A stretch of DNA of 62,524 bases, filler included, from Spirochaetales bacterium (GTDB lineage Bacteria; Spirochaetota; Spirochaetia; Treponematales; UBA12059), in assembly GCA_016928955.1 (NCBI GenBank). It is 5 parts of 5 records of this genome, joined end to end, with 100 filler letters (N's around TTAATTAATTAA, not from the genome) between each part and the next. Parts side by side here need not be neighbours in the genome. Positions count along the whole stretch, not along the records: positions 25,034 to 54,283 come from JAFGJV010000051.1; 4 more parts are not named here. The stretch is one strand, 5' to 3'. The position numbers and the translations under genes were made by a program. Positions 36,993 through 45,445 of the stretch are shown one piece after another; position 1 is the first letter of the stretch; each line of letters starts with the position of its first letter. Below the pieces are notes generated by a model. That model was given only the letters and a program-made list of their open reading frames with translations. It was not told where the DNA came from and searched no databases.

Positions 36993-37940
36993 ATGTCGCA
37001 TAAAGTGATGGTGTGTGTACTGGCGTTTGGCGTGTTTTCGTCCTGCGCCCTGTCCCAGGGCGGACCCTTCCAGGACAGCGTGGCCGGCTACGAGGTAGCC
37101 ACAGAAGCGGCGCTCAGGTCCATTCCCGCGGAGTGGGTAGACCTTGCCCGCTCGTCGTTTCGCATAGCCTACCAGCATACATCCCACGGCACCCACGTAC
37201 CGTACGGCCTGTTTGGCCTCCAGGACTATAAGGCGGGGGACGCCACTCTGTTTGGCGTCAGCAACAACGCCGCCACGCCCCAGCCGGGCAAACTAGATTT
37301 CCACGACTACGGCATTCCGGGCACCTATCCGGACCTCAGCCAGGCGGATGGACACTGGAGCGCCTGGCTTGAACAGAACCGGACCTTCCTGGACCACCCT
37401 GACAACGCGGGCATCAACGTGGTCATGTGGTCGTGGTGCTCCATAAACGGCCACGACGCCCAGGCCTACCTGGACTCCATGCAGACCCTGATAGACGAGT
37501 ACGGTCCCGGCGGCTCCAAGATAGGCACGGCCGCGGGCGACACGCGCACCACGCCGCTTACCTTCATATTCATGACCGGCCATGCCGAGACCGACAACAC
37601 TGGCTACCGCCAGCCAGCCGACCAGGCCGCCCTGATCACGGACTATTGCCGCGAGCGCGGGTACTGGTGTCTGGACTACTACTCCATCGAGACGCACGAC
37701 CTGTCCGGCCGGTACTGGTCCGACGCCAGCGACGACAGCAACTCCGCGTCCTACGGCGGCAACTATTTTGCAGACTGGCAAGGAGAGCACGACGAAGGCG
37801 TGGATTGGTTTTTGAACCTGGGCGCGCCCGGCGGATCGGAAAATTACGGCCAGCACCTGAGCCAGCACATCACTTCAAACCGCAAAGCCTACGCGTTCTG
37901 GTTCCTTTTGGCCAGGATGGCCGGCTGGGACGGCCGCTGA
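36993..37940 (+). CDS. Exported hypothetical protein (possible SGNH-like hydrolase)
   Basis: Signal peptide; IAYQHTSHG, VVMWSWC, IFMTGH, C-terminal H..NRKAYAFWFLLARMAGW. Confidence 0.7.
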   Translation: MSHKVMVCVLAFGVFSSCALSQGGPFQDSVAGYEVATEAALRSIPAEWVDLARSSFRIAYQHTSHGTHVPYGLFGLQDYKAGDATLFGVSNNAATPQPGKLDFHDYGIPGTYPDLSQADGHWSAWLEQNRTFLDHPDNAGINVVMWSWCSINGHDAQAYLDSMQTLIDEYGPGGSKIGTAAGDTRTTPLTFIFMTGHAETDNTGYRQPADQAALITDYCRERGYWCLDYYSIETHDLSGRYWSDASDDSNSASYGGNYFADWQGEHDEGVDWFLNLGAPGGSENYGQHLSQHITSNRKAYAFWFLLARMAGWDGR

Positions 37941-38000
37941 CGGCGAAGGCCTCCCCAAGGGGCCGCTGACGAAGCGCGGACGCGGTTTGTCAGCGGCCCA

Positions 38001-38447
38001 TCAATTCACGTCGCCCCAATATAGATCCTTAAACTTGGCATGGAGTCGTTCAATCAACACTTTGGGGTATACCCTCGCATCCCCTTCCGTAATTTCCACC
38101 CATACGATGCCGGTCTGCCCGATATCCTTATTGGTGGCCAGCGCCTCGTCCACGTCTCCGAGGAGCTTGCACTCGAACATGAACTCCACCTGGTGCGCGT
38201 CGTCCGTATCAGAAAACTCGTGGTTCTTTCCGATGTACTCCCGGATATATTTGAGTTCGCCGGTCTCGATTTCCACGCCAAGCTCTTCCCAGCATTCCCG
38301 TTTTACGGTCTCTTTGAACGTCTCGTTCTTGTCCTGCCCTCCGCCCGGCAATAGATAATAAAACCCGTGTTCGTCCTTTTTCTGGATGCAGAGCAGTTTG
38401 TTGTCTCGAATAATGATCGCCTTTACCGAATTCCTTACGGGATACAC
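38001..38447 (-). CDS. NUDIX hydrolase
   Basis: Nudix box LPGGGQDKNETFKETVKRECWEELG; lower GC than the flanks. Confidence 0.9.
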   Translation of the reverse strand: MYPVRNSVKAIIIRDNKLLCIQKKDEHGFYYLLPGGGQDKNETFKETVKRECWEELGVEIETGELKYIREYIGKNHEFSDTDDAHQVEFMFECKLLGDVDEALATNKDIGQTGIVWVEITEGDARVYPKVLIERLHAKFKDLYWGDVN

Positions 38448-38522
38448 CTGCCGTTTCCATTTCTCGGCGCCCGAGGCTCATCCGCCACGCGCGCCGTCCG
38501 TATGAAGTGCTTTCGCGGGGCC

Positions 38523-38873
38523 TTAGTCACTTATTGTGATCAGCTTATACGAGTCCGGTATCTGGAGCTTGGTGACGGGGAGGAAACCCCTGCCGAACAC
38601 GTAGGTATCCATATACAAGAGCACATGGTTGGACGATTCTTCTCCCGTCCAGGCGTCGCGATCATAGCTCCCGTTCCAGGAAGCACCTGGCGTATACTCC
38701 CCAAACGCCGCGTACAGGTCTGAGAGCTCGCCTTTTTTCGCCGTTCCCTCGATTACGCGCAGGGCGTACTCGCCGAGGCCCGAAGTGACAGCGGAGCCAT
38801 ACGGGTAAGCCCAGGCGCCGAAGCGCCATGAAGACAGGATAGTGTTATAGCCCTGTGATGCTTGAATCGTCAA
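38523..38873 (-). CDS. Hypothetical protein or gene fragment
   Basis: Fills the intergenic gap, protein-like composition, TTG start with GGAG; no recognised motif. Confidence 0.35.
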   Translation of the reverse strand: MTIQASQGYNTILSSWRFGAWAYPYGSAVTSGLGEYALRVIEGTAKKGELSDLYAAFGEYTPGASWNGSYDRDAWTGEESSNHVLLYMDTYVFGRGFLPVTKLQIPDSYKLITISD

Positions 38874-38886
38874 TCGCTCCAGCTTC

Positions 38887-38915
38887 TTGACATAATGTAA
38901 AGTTAGCTTTACATT
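38887..38915 (+). promoter_or_regulatory. Sigma70 promoter with overlapping palindromic operator
   Basis: TTGACA-N17-TACATT; AATGTAAAG-TTAG-CTTTACATT. Confidence 0.75.
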
Positions 38916-38941
38916 TTGGGTGTGCCACAGGAGGTGCGCCT

Positions 38942-39475
38942 ATGTTGAAACGTTCTTCGTTTAAACGAACGGCCGTGATCCTGTTCATCGTGCTGTTGGC
39001 CCTTGCCCCGACAAACGCGGAAGAGCCGGGCACGTTCGACCTGAACATGCTGGCGTCCTGGGCTCCGGGCTTGAGTTTTGGTTTTGAGTACCAAATCACC
39101 CAGTATGTAGGCGTTGCTGCGTCGCTGGGAACCTGCGTCATGCTCTACCAAGACGCGGTCCTGTATCTGGGGAACGCCAAACTGATGCTGTACCCTGATC
39201 TGGACGACGCCGGCCTGAGGCCGTCCATCCATCTTGGCCTTCTGGAAATCAAGGCGGGTTTCGGTGAAAAGCCGTATTTGCTGCTTTCTTTCGGCATCGC
39301 TGTTGGGGCGGATATCCCCATCGGCAAACGCCTGGGCTTCCTCTTGCGCGGAGGCTTTGGGTATCCCTTCTTCCGGGTCGACGGCGAATGGTCGGCTGGC
39401 AGTCTGTTCCCGCTGGGCATATGGCCGGACGTTGCGCTTGGACTGCGCCTGCGGCTGGGAAAGGTCGACGCATGA
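38942..39475 (+). CDS. Exported hypothetical protein (beta-barrel-like)
   Basis: Signal peptide; alternating hydrophobic beta-like segments; AGGAGG RBS. Confidence 0.65.
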   Translation: MLKRSSFKRTAVILFIVLLALAPTNAEEPGTFDLNMLASWAPGLSFGFEYQITQYVGVAASLGTCVMLYQDAVLYLGNAKLMLYPDLDDAGLRPSIHLGLLEIKAGFGEKPYLLLSFGIAVGADIPIGKRLGFLLRGGFGYPFFRVDGEWSAGSLFPLGIWPDVALGLRLRLGKVDA

Positions 39476-39678
39476 CCAACAGAGTCAGGGAGTTCAGGAA
39501 AGAGCGGGGGCTCACCCAGCAGGAGCTGGCCGACGCTGTGGGCACCACCCGACAGACGGTCATATCCGTTGAGACAGGCAAGTACAAGCCTTCCGTGGAG
39601 TTGGCTCTGAAAATGGCTCGGGCCCTTACCGCCCGCGTTGAGGACCTGTTCCTCTTGGAGGCCGATCATGAAGCGTGA
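39472..39678 (+). CDS. XRE family HTH transcriptional regulator
   Basis: MTNRVREFRKERGLTQQELADAVGTTRQTVISVETGKYKPSVELALK. Confidence 0.94.
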   Translation: MTNRVREFRKERGLTQQELADAVGTTRQTVISVETGKYKPSVELALKMARALTARVEDLFLLEADHEA

Positions 39679-40378
39679 ATTCTGGAAACCTGGCCGACTG
39701 GCTACCCTTATATCGGCGGTCGTTTTTGCGGCAGGCGCCATCCTGTCCCAGGTCGCCTCGTCGTATTTCCTCATCCTCAGCGCGGTAGCCACGTTCCTTC
39801 CGGATCTGGCCAGACTCGTCGGCCTGTTGCGCGACTCGGACGAGTTCCAGGAACTGGCCGCCGGCCGCTCTTCCCGGCTGGCCTGCGCCCTTGCGCTTGT
39901 ATACGCGGCCCTTATGTACGGTTTTTTCCAGACCGGATTTCTCCCGTCCCGTTTGGCTCCAGACGCGTGGCTGATAGGGTTTACGTTGATCGTGGTGATA
40001 CGGTACGCGGCCTACCTTCTGTACTTCTGGGACGCGTCCACGGGAGCGCGTTGGTTGTTCCTGGCTCTTGGCTTGCACTGGGCCGTGTTTTCGCTGATGA
40101 GCGGCTGGGAAGACGGCCTGATCGCCCTTCTGCCCTTCAGCTTGGTCATCCTGATCTTCGGATCCCTGGCCCTTCTGGCCGGTCGCTTCCCGCTGGCCAC
40201 GGGCATAGCGTCGCTCGTCATGGCAATAACAAGCTTTGTGGCCTTTGACATGTACAGGCTTCTGCTTGGTGACCTTGGCTCGTTCGCGACCTTCCTGCTC
40301 CTGCCCCTGCCCTTCCTGATAGCGGGAATCGGGCTCATCCGGTCGTACGCGAGGAAAAAGCGGGAACCAGCTTTGTAA
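39668..40378 (+). CDS. Multi-pass membrane protein
   Basis: About 7 TM segments; DE motif after TM2; overlaps the XRE gene. Confidence 0.75.
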   Translation: MKREFWKPGRLATLISAVVFAAGAILSQVASSYFLILSAVATFLPDLARLVGLLRDSDEFQELAAGRSSRLACALALVYAALMYGFFQTGFLPSRLAPDAWLIGFTLIVVIRYAAYLLYFWDASTGARWLFLALGLHWAVFSLMSGWEDGLIALLPFSLVILIFGSLALLAGRFPLATGIASLVMAITSFVAFDMYRLLLGDLGSFATFLLLPLPFLIAGIGLIRSYARKKREPAL

Positions 40379-40387
40379 GGACCACCG

Positions 40388-41113
40388 CTAAGACTGGCGG
40401 GCGCGAGCGCTAGCGCCAACAAAACGCGCCACAAACTCGTCGTTGGGCCGCTCAAAGATGTCGGCTATGGAGCCATCCTGCACGATGCGACCGCGGTTCA
40501 TGACGGCTCCCCGCGTGCCAAGATCGCGGGCCTCGTCAAAGTCGTGAGTTACGGCCACAAAGGTCGTGCCCGTGTCCCGGTGTATGTCCTTGAGCATGTC
40601 TCGGAGCTCGCCGCGGAAGGCCAGGTCCAGGGCGGACAGGGGCTCGTCCAGAAGTACCAGGTCAGGGTCGGGCAGGAGGGCGCGGGCCAGGGCGACGCGC
40701 TGGGACTCGCCGCCGCTCAGCGTGCCGGGTTTCCTGCCAAGCAGGTGGCCGATATCCAGGCGCTCCACCAAACGGCGGAAACGCAGGCCGCGGGCATCCG
40801 CTTCGTCGTCGCCCAGATAGGCCTCGGCAAAACGGATGTTTCGCTCCACGTTCAAATGCGGAAACAGCGCGTAGTCCTGGTAGACTATGCCCACGCGTCG
40901 GGCTTCCGGCGAGAGCCTGGTAACGTCCACGCCGCGTAGGGACACGCTACCCGAGTCCAGGGCATGATGGCCGGCAATGGCCTCAAGCAACACCGTTTTT
41001 CCGGCCCCCGTGGGCCCCATGACGATGAAGAAACACCCTTCCTCTATGTCCAGGTTGATGTCGTCCAGCCTGAAGCCCTCGAACCTGAGGCTGAGTCCCC
41101 TGACGGAAATCAC
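40388..41113 (-). CDS. wtpC: Tungstate/molybdate ABC transporter ATPase
   Basis: GPTGAGKT, QDYALFPHL, LSGGE, LLDEP, VTHD. Confidence 0.88.
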   Translation of the reverse strand: MISVRGLSLRFEGFRLDDINLDIEEGCFFIVMGPTGAGKTVLLEAIAGHHALDSGSVSLRGVDVTRLSPEARRVGIVYQDYALFPHLNVERNIRFAEAYLGDDEADARGLRFRRLVERLDIGHLLGRKPGTLSGGESQRVALARALLPDPDLVLLDEPLSALDLAFRGELRDMLKDIHRDTGTTFVAVTHDFDEARDLGTRGAVMNRGRIVQDGSIADIFERPNDEFVARFVGASARARQS

Positions 41114-41931
41114 GGGCGCCTGCCGCTTGCCGGATTGGCCTTGCCCCTGAGCATCAGGGTGCGGAGCGTGAAGAACAAGGACAGGCTGATGAGGATCAGC
41201 CAGAAGGCCACCGGCTGGGAGTATTTAAGGCCGTAGGCCTCGTAGCGCTCGAACAGGAGCACCGGGGCTATCATGGGGTGATACGCAACCACCACCACCG
41301 CGCCGAATTCCGACACGGCCCGCGCAAAACAGAGCACCATGCCCACCAAAACGCTTCTCCAGGCCAGAGGGAACGTGACGCGGCGGAACGCGCCAAAGGG
41401 GCCGGCGCCCAAGTTCCTGGCCACGTACTCCAGGCGCCGTGGCACCGCCTCAAACCCGTTCTTGGCGGAATTCACGTACAGGGGCAATCCCACAAACAGG
41501 AGCACGGCCACAATGCCCGTCACGGTACCCATGACCTGGACGCCCAGGGCTTGCAAGAACCGGCCTACCGGACTGGCCCGGCCCGCCACGGCCAGTATTG
41601 CAATGCCGATGACCGGATGGGGTATGACCAGGGGCAGGTCCACCAGGCTCTCCACCAGATGCTTGCCGGGAAAATCCCTGTGGGCTAGCAGGTAGGCGAG
41701 CGGCGTACCAAAGGCAAAGGCTATGAGCGTGGCCAGGCCGGCCGTTCTCATGGACAGCCCTATGGCCCTGAGGACATCAGGGTCGCCTATGGTCTTTACG
41801 AGTACGTCCGGATCCGGCGATGTCATCAGCAGGACGATAGGCACCAGGATGAAGAGGAGGATGACGACGCTAGCCGCAGAGCACAGGGGCAGGAAGAGAG
41901 AGCCCTTCCCGCCCCTCGGGCCGTGTTTCAT
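41110..41931 (-). CDS. wtpB: Tungstate/molybdate ABC transporter permease
   Basis: DLPLVIPHPVIG, ARNLGA, ARAVSEFGAV. Confidence 0.9.
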   Translation of the reverse strand: MKHGPRGGKGSLFLPLCSAASVVILLFILVPIVLLMTSPDPDVLVKTIGDPDVLRAIGLSMRTAGLATLIAFAFGTPLAYLLAHRDFPGKHLVESLVDLPLVIPHPVIGIAILAVAGRASPVGRFLQALGVQVMGTVTGIVAVLLFVGLPLYVNSAKNGFEAVPRRLEYVARNLGAGPFGAFRRVTFPLAWRSVLVGMVLCFARAVSEFGAVVVVAYHPMIAPVLLFERYEAYGLKYSQPVAFWLILISLSLFFTLRTLMLRGKANPASGRRP

Positions 41932-41938
41932 GACTGCC

Positions 41939-42970
41939 TTACTTGACCTCAAGGAGCGGCTTGAGCTCGTCAGGCATCTTGGCGTACATGTCCTGGGTCG
42001 GCACCCGGGCCGGCACGATGGCAGGCTGGCTCATGTCCTCCAGAATGCGGAGTCCCTTGTCCGGGGACAGCAAATAGGCCAGGAAGGCAATGGCCGCGTC
42101 CCGGTTGGGCGCCGAATTGATCAGGGCTACGCCGTACGTGATGGACGAACCGGTGTTGGTCACCATGACGCCTGGCTCGGAACCGGTCACCTGCACGCTG
42201 GACTGGGCGTAGTAGGTTTCGTAGCGGTAGTCGCCCAGGTTGATCTCGTTCGGAAGAACGATGAATTTCAGGCCATGCTGCTTGGCCACGGACAGGTACT
42301 CCCAGGCGTAATCCATGTTGCCGGACTGGAGCAGGCTGATAAGGTCCACCGACTTGGAGCGGACGTTCTCTATGGGGCGGTTGGCCAGCAGGCGCTCGTA
42401 CAAGCCCTTGTCGGCATAATAGATTTCCGCCAGCTGAAGCGTCATCAGGCTGCGGTAACCGCAGGGATCCAGGTTGGGATCTGAGTGCCCCCATACCACG
42501 CCCTTGCGCTGGAGGATCTCGTACCAGTTGGACTCTGACACCTCATCAGCGAAACGCGAATCCTTGGTGTAGCACAGAACCAGCTGATTGTTGGCAAAGC
42601 GTATGTTCATGTCGGTGTGCTCCGGCATGAGCATGGTGTCTATGACCTGGTAGTCGGCTGAAATCATGAGGTCACAAGGCTTGCCCAGGTCCGTGATCTT
42701 GCGCGTGGCCGCCGTGCTGCCAGACGCCTCGCGCTGTATGTCCAGGCCTGGATGAAGGGCCTCGAACTCCTCTTCCATTTTCTCAAGCGGCAGGGTAAGG
42801 CTACCAGCGTGGAAGATGGTCAGGACGCCGGAAAGCTCCGAGCTTGACGCGCCGCCCTGAGCCGGCGCGGCTTCCTTGCCGCCCATGGCAAAGGCCTGGC
42901 CGCCGGCAAGGGCTAACACCATAAGGAAGGACAGGACGCGGACGAATTTCCGCGTTGACGGGGAGGACAT
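41939..42970 (-). CDS. wtpA: Tungstate-binding protein WtpA
   Basis: [43 protein letters not shown]. Confidence 0.92.
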   Translation of the reverse strand: MSSPSTRKFVRVLSFLMVLALAGGQAFAMGGKEAAPAQGGASSSELSGVLTIFHAGSLTLPLEKMEEEFEALHPGLDIQREASGSTAATRKITDLGKPCDLMISADYQVIDTMLMPEHTDMNIRFANNQLVLCYTKDSRFADEVSESNWYEILQRKGVVWGHSDPNLDPCGYRSLMTLQLAEIYYADKGLYERLLANRPIENVRSKSVDLISLLQSGNMDYAWEYLSVAKQHGLKFIVLPNEINLGDYRYETYYAQSSVQVTGSEPGVMVTNTGSSITYGVALINSAPNRDAAIAFLAYLLSPDKGLRILEDMSQPAIVPARVPTQDMYAKMPDELKPLLEVK

Positions 42971-42971
42971 A

Positions 42972-43110
42972 GGGTCTCCTTTCCAATGCCCCAGGACGGC
43001 GCCGCTATGCGGGAATCCGTCCAGGCGGGAGGCCCGGGAATCACTTCCCGGACCCGTCGACCTGGCTTTCGTGCGCTTGTGTGGTCGGAAAGCCAGGTTC
43101 GGAGCGCTGT
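42972..43110 (-). ncRNA. Moco-family riboswitch, P3-less (Tuco/W-cofactor-type) variant
   Basis: CUCCGA-[P2 ACCUGGCUUUC/GAAAGCCAGGU]-GGGU-[P4 CCGGGAA GUGA UUCCCGG]-GCCUCCC...UGGAAAGGAG(SD), 5' of wtpA. Confidence 0.8.
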
Positions 43111-43282
43111 TGGTTGTGTTTCCGGCCTTTGGGCCGGTGCTACGCGGACGTGCCGCGCCGCCGTCCATCCTAAACGGGCATATGCCCGGGGTCAAGACGG
43201 GAACGGTTGAAAGCTATCTTCCCCTCGGCCGGCCCACTCCAACACCCTTGACACCCACGTCTCTTGATCCTAGCGTGAAGCC

Positions 43283-44119
43283 ATGACAACAATCACGGTG
43301 CTGATGGACGACAGCCCCGGCGTGCCGGGAACCGTTTCTGAACACGGGCTGTCCTTTCTGGTGGAACACGGCGGCCATTCCGTATTGTTCGACACGGGAA
43401 AGACAGGCGCCTTCCTGGACAACGCCAGAACCCTCGGCCTGGATCCTGGCGCCGCCTCCGCGGTGGTCGTCAGCCACTCGCACTACGATCACGGAGGCGG
43501 ACTCAGGCGTTTCTACGACGAGACAAGCTCCCGCGCCGACCTGTGGACGGGTCCGGCCTTTTTCCACAAAAAGTGGTCGGACGAACAGCCTGCCGCCCGT
43601 TTCCTGGGCATTGATGTGGACGCTGCGTTCCTGAAGGCCATCGGCGTCCGGCACCAGGAACTACCAGAGGGCTCCGATCAGGCGGCCGACATAGCGCCGG
43701 GCATGCGCGTGATCTGCGGCTTTCCGCGGGCGCACGCATGCGAGCGCCCGAACGCGCGCTTTGTGGTCGACCGTCCTGAAGGCCGGCGCCCTGACGACTT
43801 TAGAGACGAAGTGTGCCTTTCCGTGGCTACAAAAGAAGGGCCTGTGCTCCTGGTAGGCTGCTCGCACCCAGGCGTCATGAACATGATGGACACGGCCGAG
43901 CGCGTGCTGGGACAAGCGCTGCGCGCCGTGCTCGGCGGCTCGCACCTGGTGGAGGCGGGACCAGAGCGCCTGGATGAAACCATCGAGTACCTCAAGGACA
44001 AACGACTGGCCATGGCCGCTTTAGGACACTGCACCGGGCACTTGGCAACGGCGGCGCTGTCCGAACGGTTGCCTTCGTTCAAGCCCTTGTATCCGGGCGC
44101 CCGGTTCAGTTTCCCATAA
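43283..44119 (+). CDS. MBL-fold metallo-hydrolase
   Basis: EHGLSF, LFDTG, SHSHYDHGGG, GCSHPG, GGSHL, HCTG. Confidence 0.9.
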   Translation: MTTITVLMDDSPGVPGTVSEHGLSFLVEHGGHSVLFDTGKTGAFLDNARTLGLDPGAASAVVVSHSHYDHGGGLRRFYDETSSRADLWTGPAFFHKKWSDEQPAARFLGIDVDAAFLKAIGVRHQELPEGSDQAADIAPGMRVICGFPRAHACERPNARFVVDRPEGRRPDDFRDEVCLSVATKEGPVLLVGCSHPGVMNMMDTAERVLGQALRAVLGGSHLVEAGPERLDETIEYLKDKRLAMAALGHCTGHLATAALSERLPSFKPLYPGARFSFP

Positions 44120-44120
44120 G

Positions 44121-44156
44121 AGAACCTCTAATAACCATAGGGTTTTAGAGCTTCCC
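44121..44156. repeat. REP-like palindrome, copy 4
   Basis: AGAACCTCTAATAACCATAGGGTTTTAGAGCTTCCC; shares GAACCTCTAATAACCAT with copy 1. Confidence 0.7.
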
Positions 44157-44167
44157 ATACTACGTTC

Positions 44168-44665
44168 CTACAGCTTGAGGAAGTCTATTCCGGAGAAATC
44201 GATCTTGCCGTCGGCGTTCATAAGGTTTTTGTCCGCGTGCACGTACTCGATCTTGCCCACGAACATCTCGTGCGAGCCGGTTCGTATGGAATCGACCACT
44301 TTGCACTCTATGTTGACGGGACAATCCACCAGGATGGGAGCGGCAACCACCGCGCCATCGGCAACCTTTGCCCCGCAGGCCGCCAGCTTGTCTCCGTCGC
44401 GACCGCTGTGCGAACCAACATAATCGAAAACCGCTTTCATGGACTCGGGCACCAGGTTGACCACAAAGCAACCCGATTCCTTTATCAAGCGGTGCGAATG
44501 CCGTTCGGGCGTCACGCCGACCATGACCATGGGCGGATCAAAACTGCAATTGCACGCGTATACCACAACCAGGGCATTGTCTTTGCCGTCTTTGCCCCGG
44601 CAGGAAACAATGATGGGCGGCTTGGGATTCAAAACCGACCTGAACGGCGCCGCAGCCTTTTCCAT
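44168..44665 (-). CDS. Flavin reductase family protein
   Basis: PPMVMVGV, FVVNL, GSHSGRDGDK, IECKV, GSHEMFVG. Confidence 0.9.
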   Translation of the reverse strand: MEKAAAPFRSVLNPKPPIIVSCRGKDGKDNALVVVYACNCSFDPPMVMVGVTPERHSHRLIKESGCFVVNLVPESMKAVFDYVGSHSGRDGDKLAACGAKVADGAVVAAPILVDCPVNIECKVVDSIRTGSHEMFVGKIEYVHADKNLMNADGKIDFSGIDFLKL

Positions 44666-44763
44666 GTGTAAGCTCCTTTATTCCGTGCTTCTAGTTGACA
44701 CGTTTGCTTCCATTGTTTTAAAGGCGCCGGACCGGGCTTGCTGTCACCGTCCGGCTCCCAAAA

Positions 44764-45393
44764 TTACCTCTTCTGTGCTCTGAGAACCACAAAGCCTCCC
44801 GTACCCGTCCCCGGCCGGGGCTCCTGGATTTCTTTGATGTCGTCCAGCTGGCCAAAGACAGTCTGCCTGGCATCCTGTATCAAAAAGCCCCCACGCTCCA
44901 GGATGGCGGTTACCTCAGCTACGCTATAAAAAACAGCCTTTCGATAGAAGACATCGTTCTTTTTAAACTTCAGGTAGACCTGGCCAAGCGGGCTGGCCTT
45001 GTCCACAAATGCCATTATGACAAAACCGCCGGATCGGACTACGCGTCCCAGTTCCCGTATGGCGCGGCGCGGATTGTCGACAAAGCAAATGGTCGTGACC
45101 ATGAGCCCGTAATCAAACGTACCCGAGTGATAAGGAAGCTTTTCAGCTCGGCCTCTGCACACGTGTACGCCCCTCGCCAAAGCCAGCTCGGCCATCACCG
45201 TTGACGGCTCTACCCCATCCGAGATCCCAAGAGCACTGGCAAACAAGCCGGTTCCCACGCCCACCTCCAGCCCCCGGCCGGCCGGAAGCAGCTGACGTAT
45301 GGCCTTGAGTTCGGATTCGTACACGGCTTTGTAGCGCTCGAACCACGTCTCGTAGCGGTCGCGGTATTCGTCAAAGGCTTTTGTTTTTGGCAC
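44764..45393 (-). CDS. Class I SAM-dependent methyltransferase
   Basis: GLEVGVGTGLF, AEKLPY, TTICFVD. Confidence 0.9.
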   Translation of the reverse strand: MPKTKAFDEYRDRYETWFERYKAVYESELKAIRQLLPAGRGLEVGVGTGLFASALGISDGVEPSTVMAELALARGVHVCRGRAEKLPYHSGTFDYGLMVTTICFVDNPRRAIRELGRVVRSGGFVIMAFVDKASPLGQVYLKFKKNDVFYRKAVFYSVAEVTAILERGGFLIQDARQTVFGQLDDIKEIQEPRPGTGTGGFVVLRAQKR

Positions 45394-45445
45394 CGGGTGT
45401 CCTTTTTTTAAACACCGGGGGCGGAAAGCCCCCGGCGGCGTTTTG

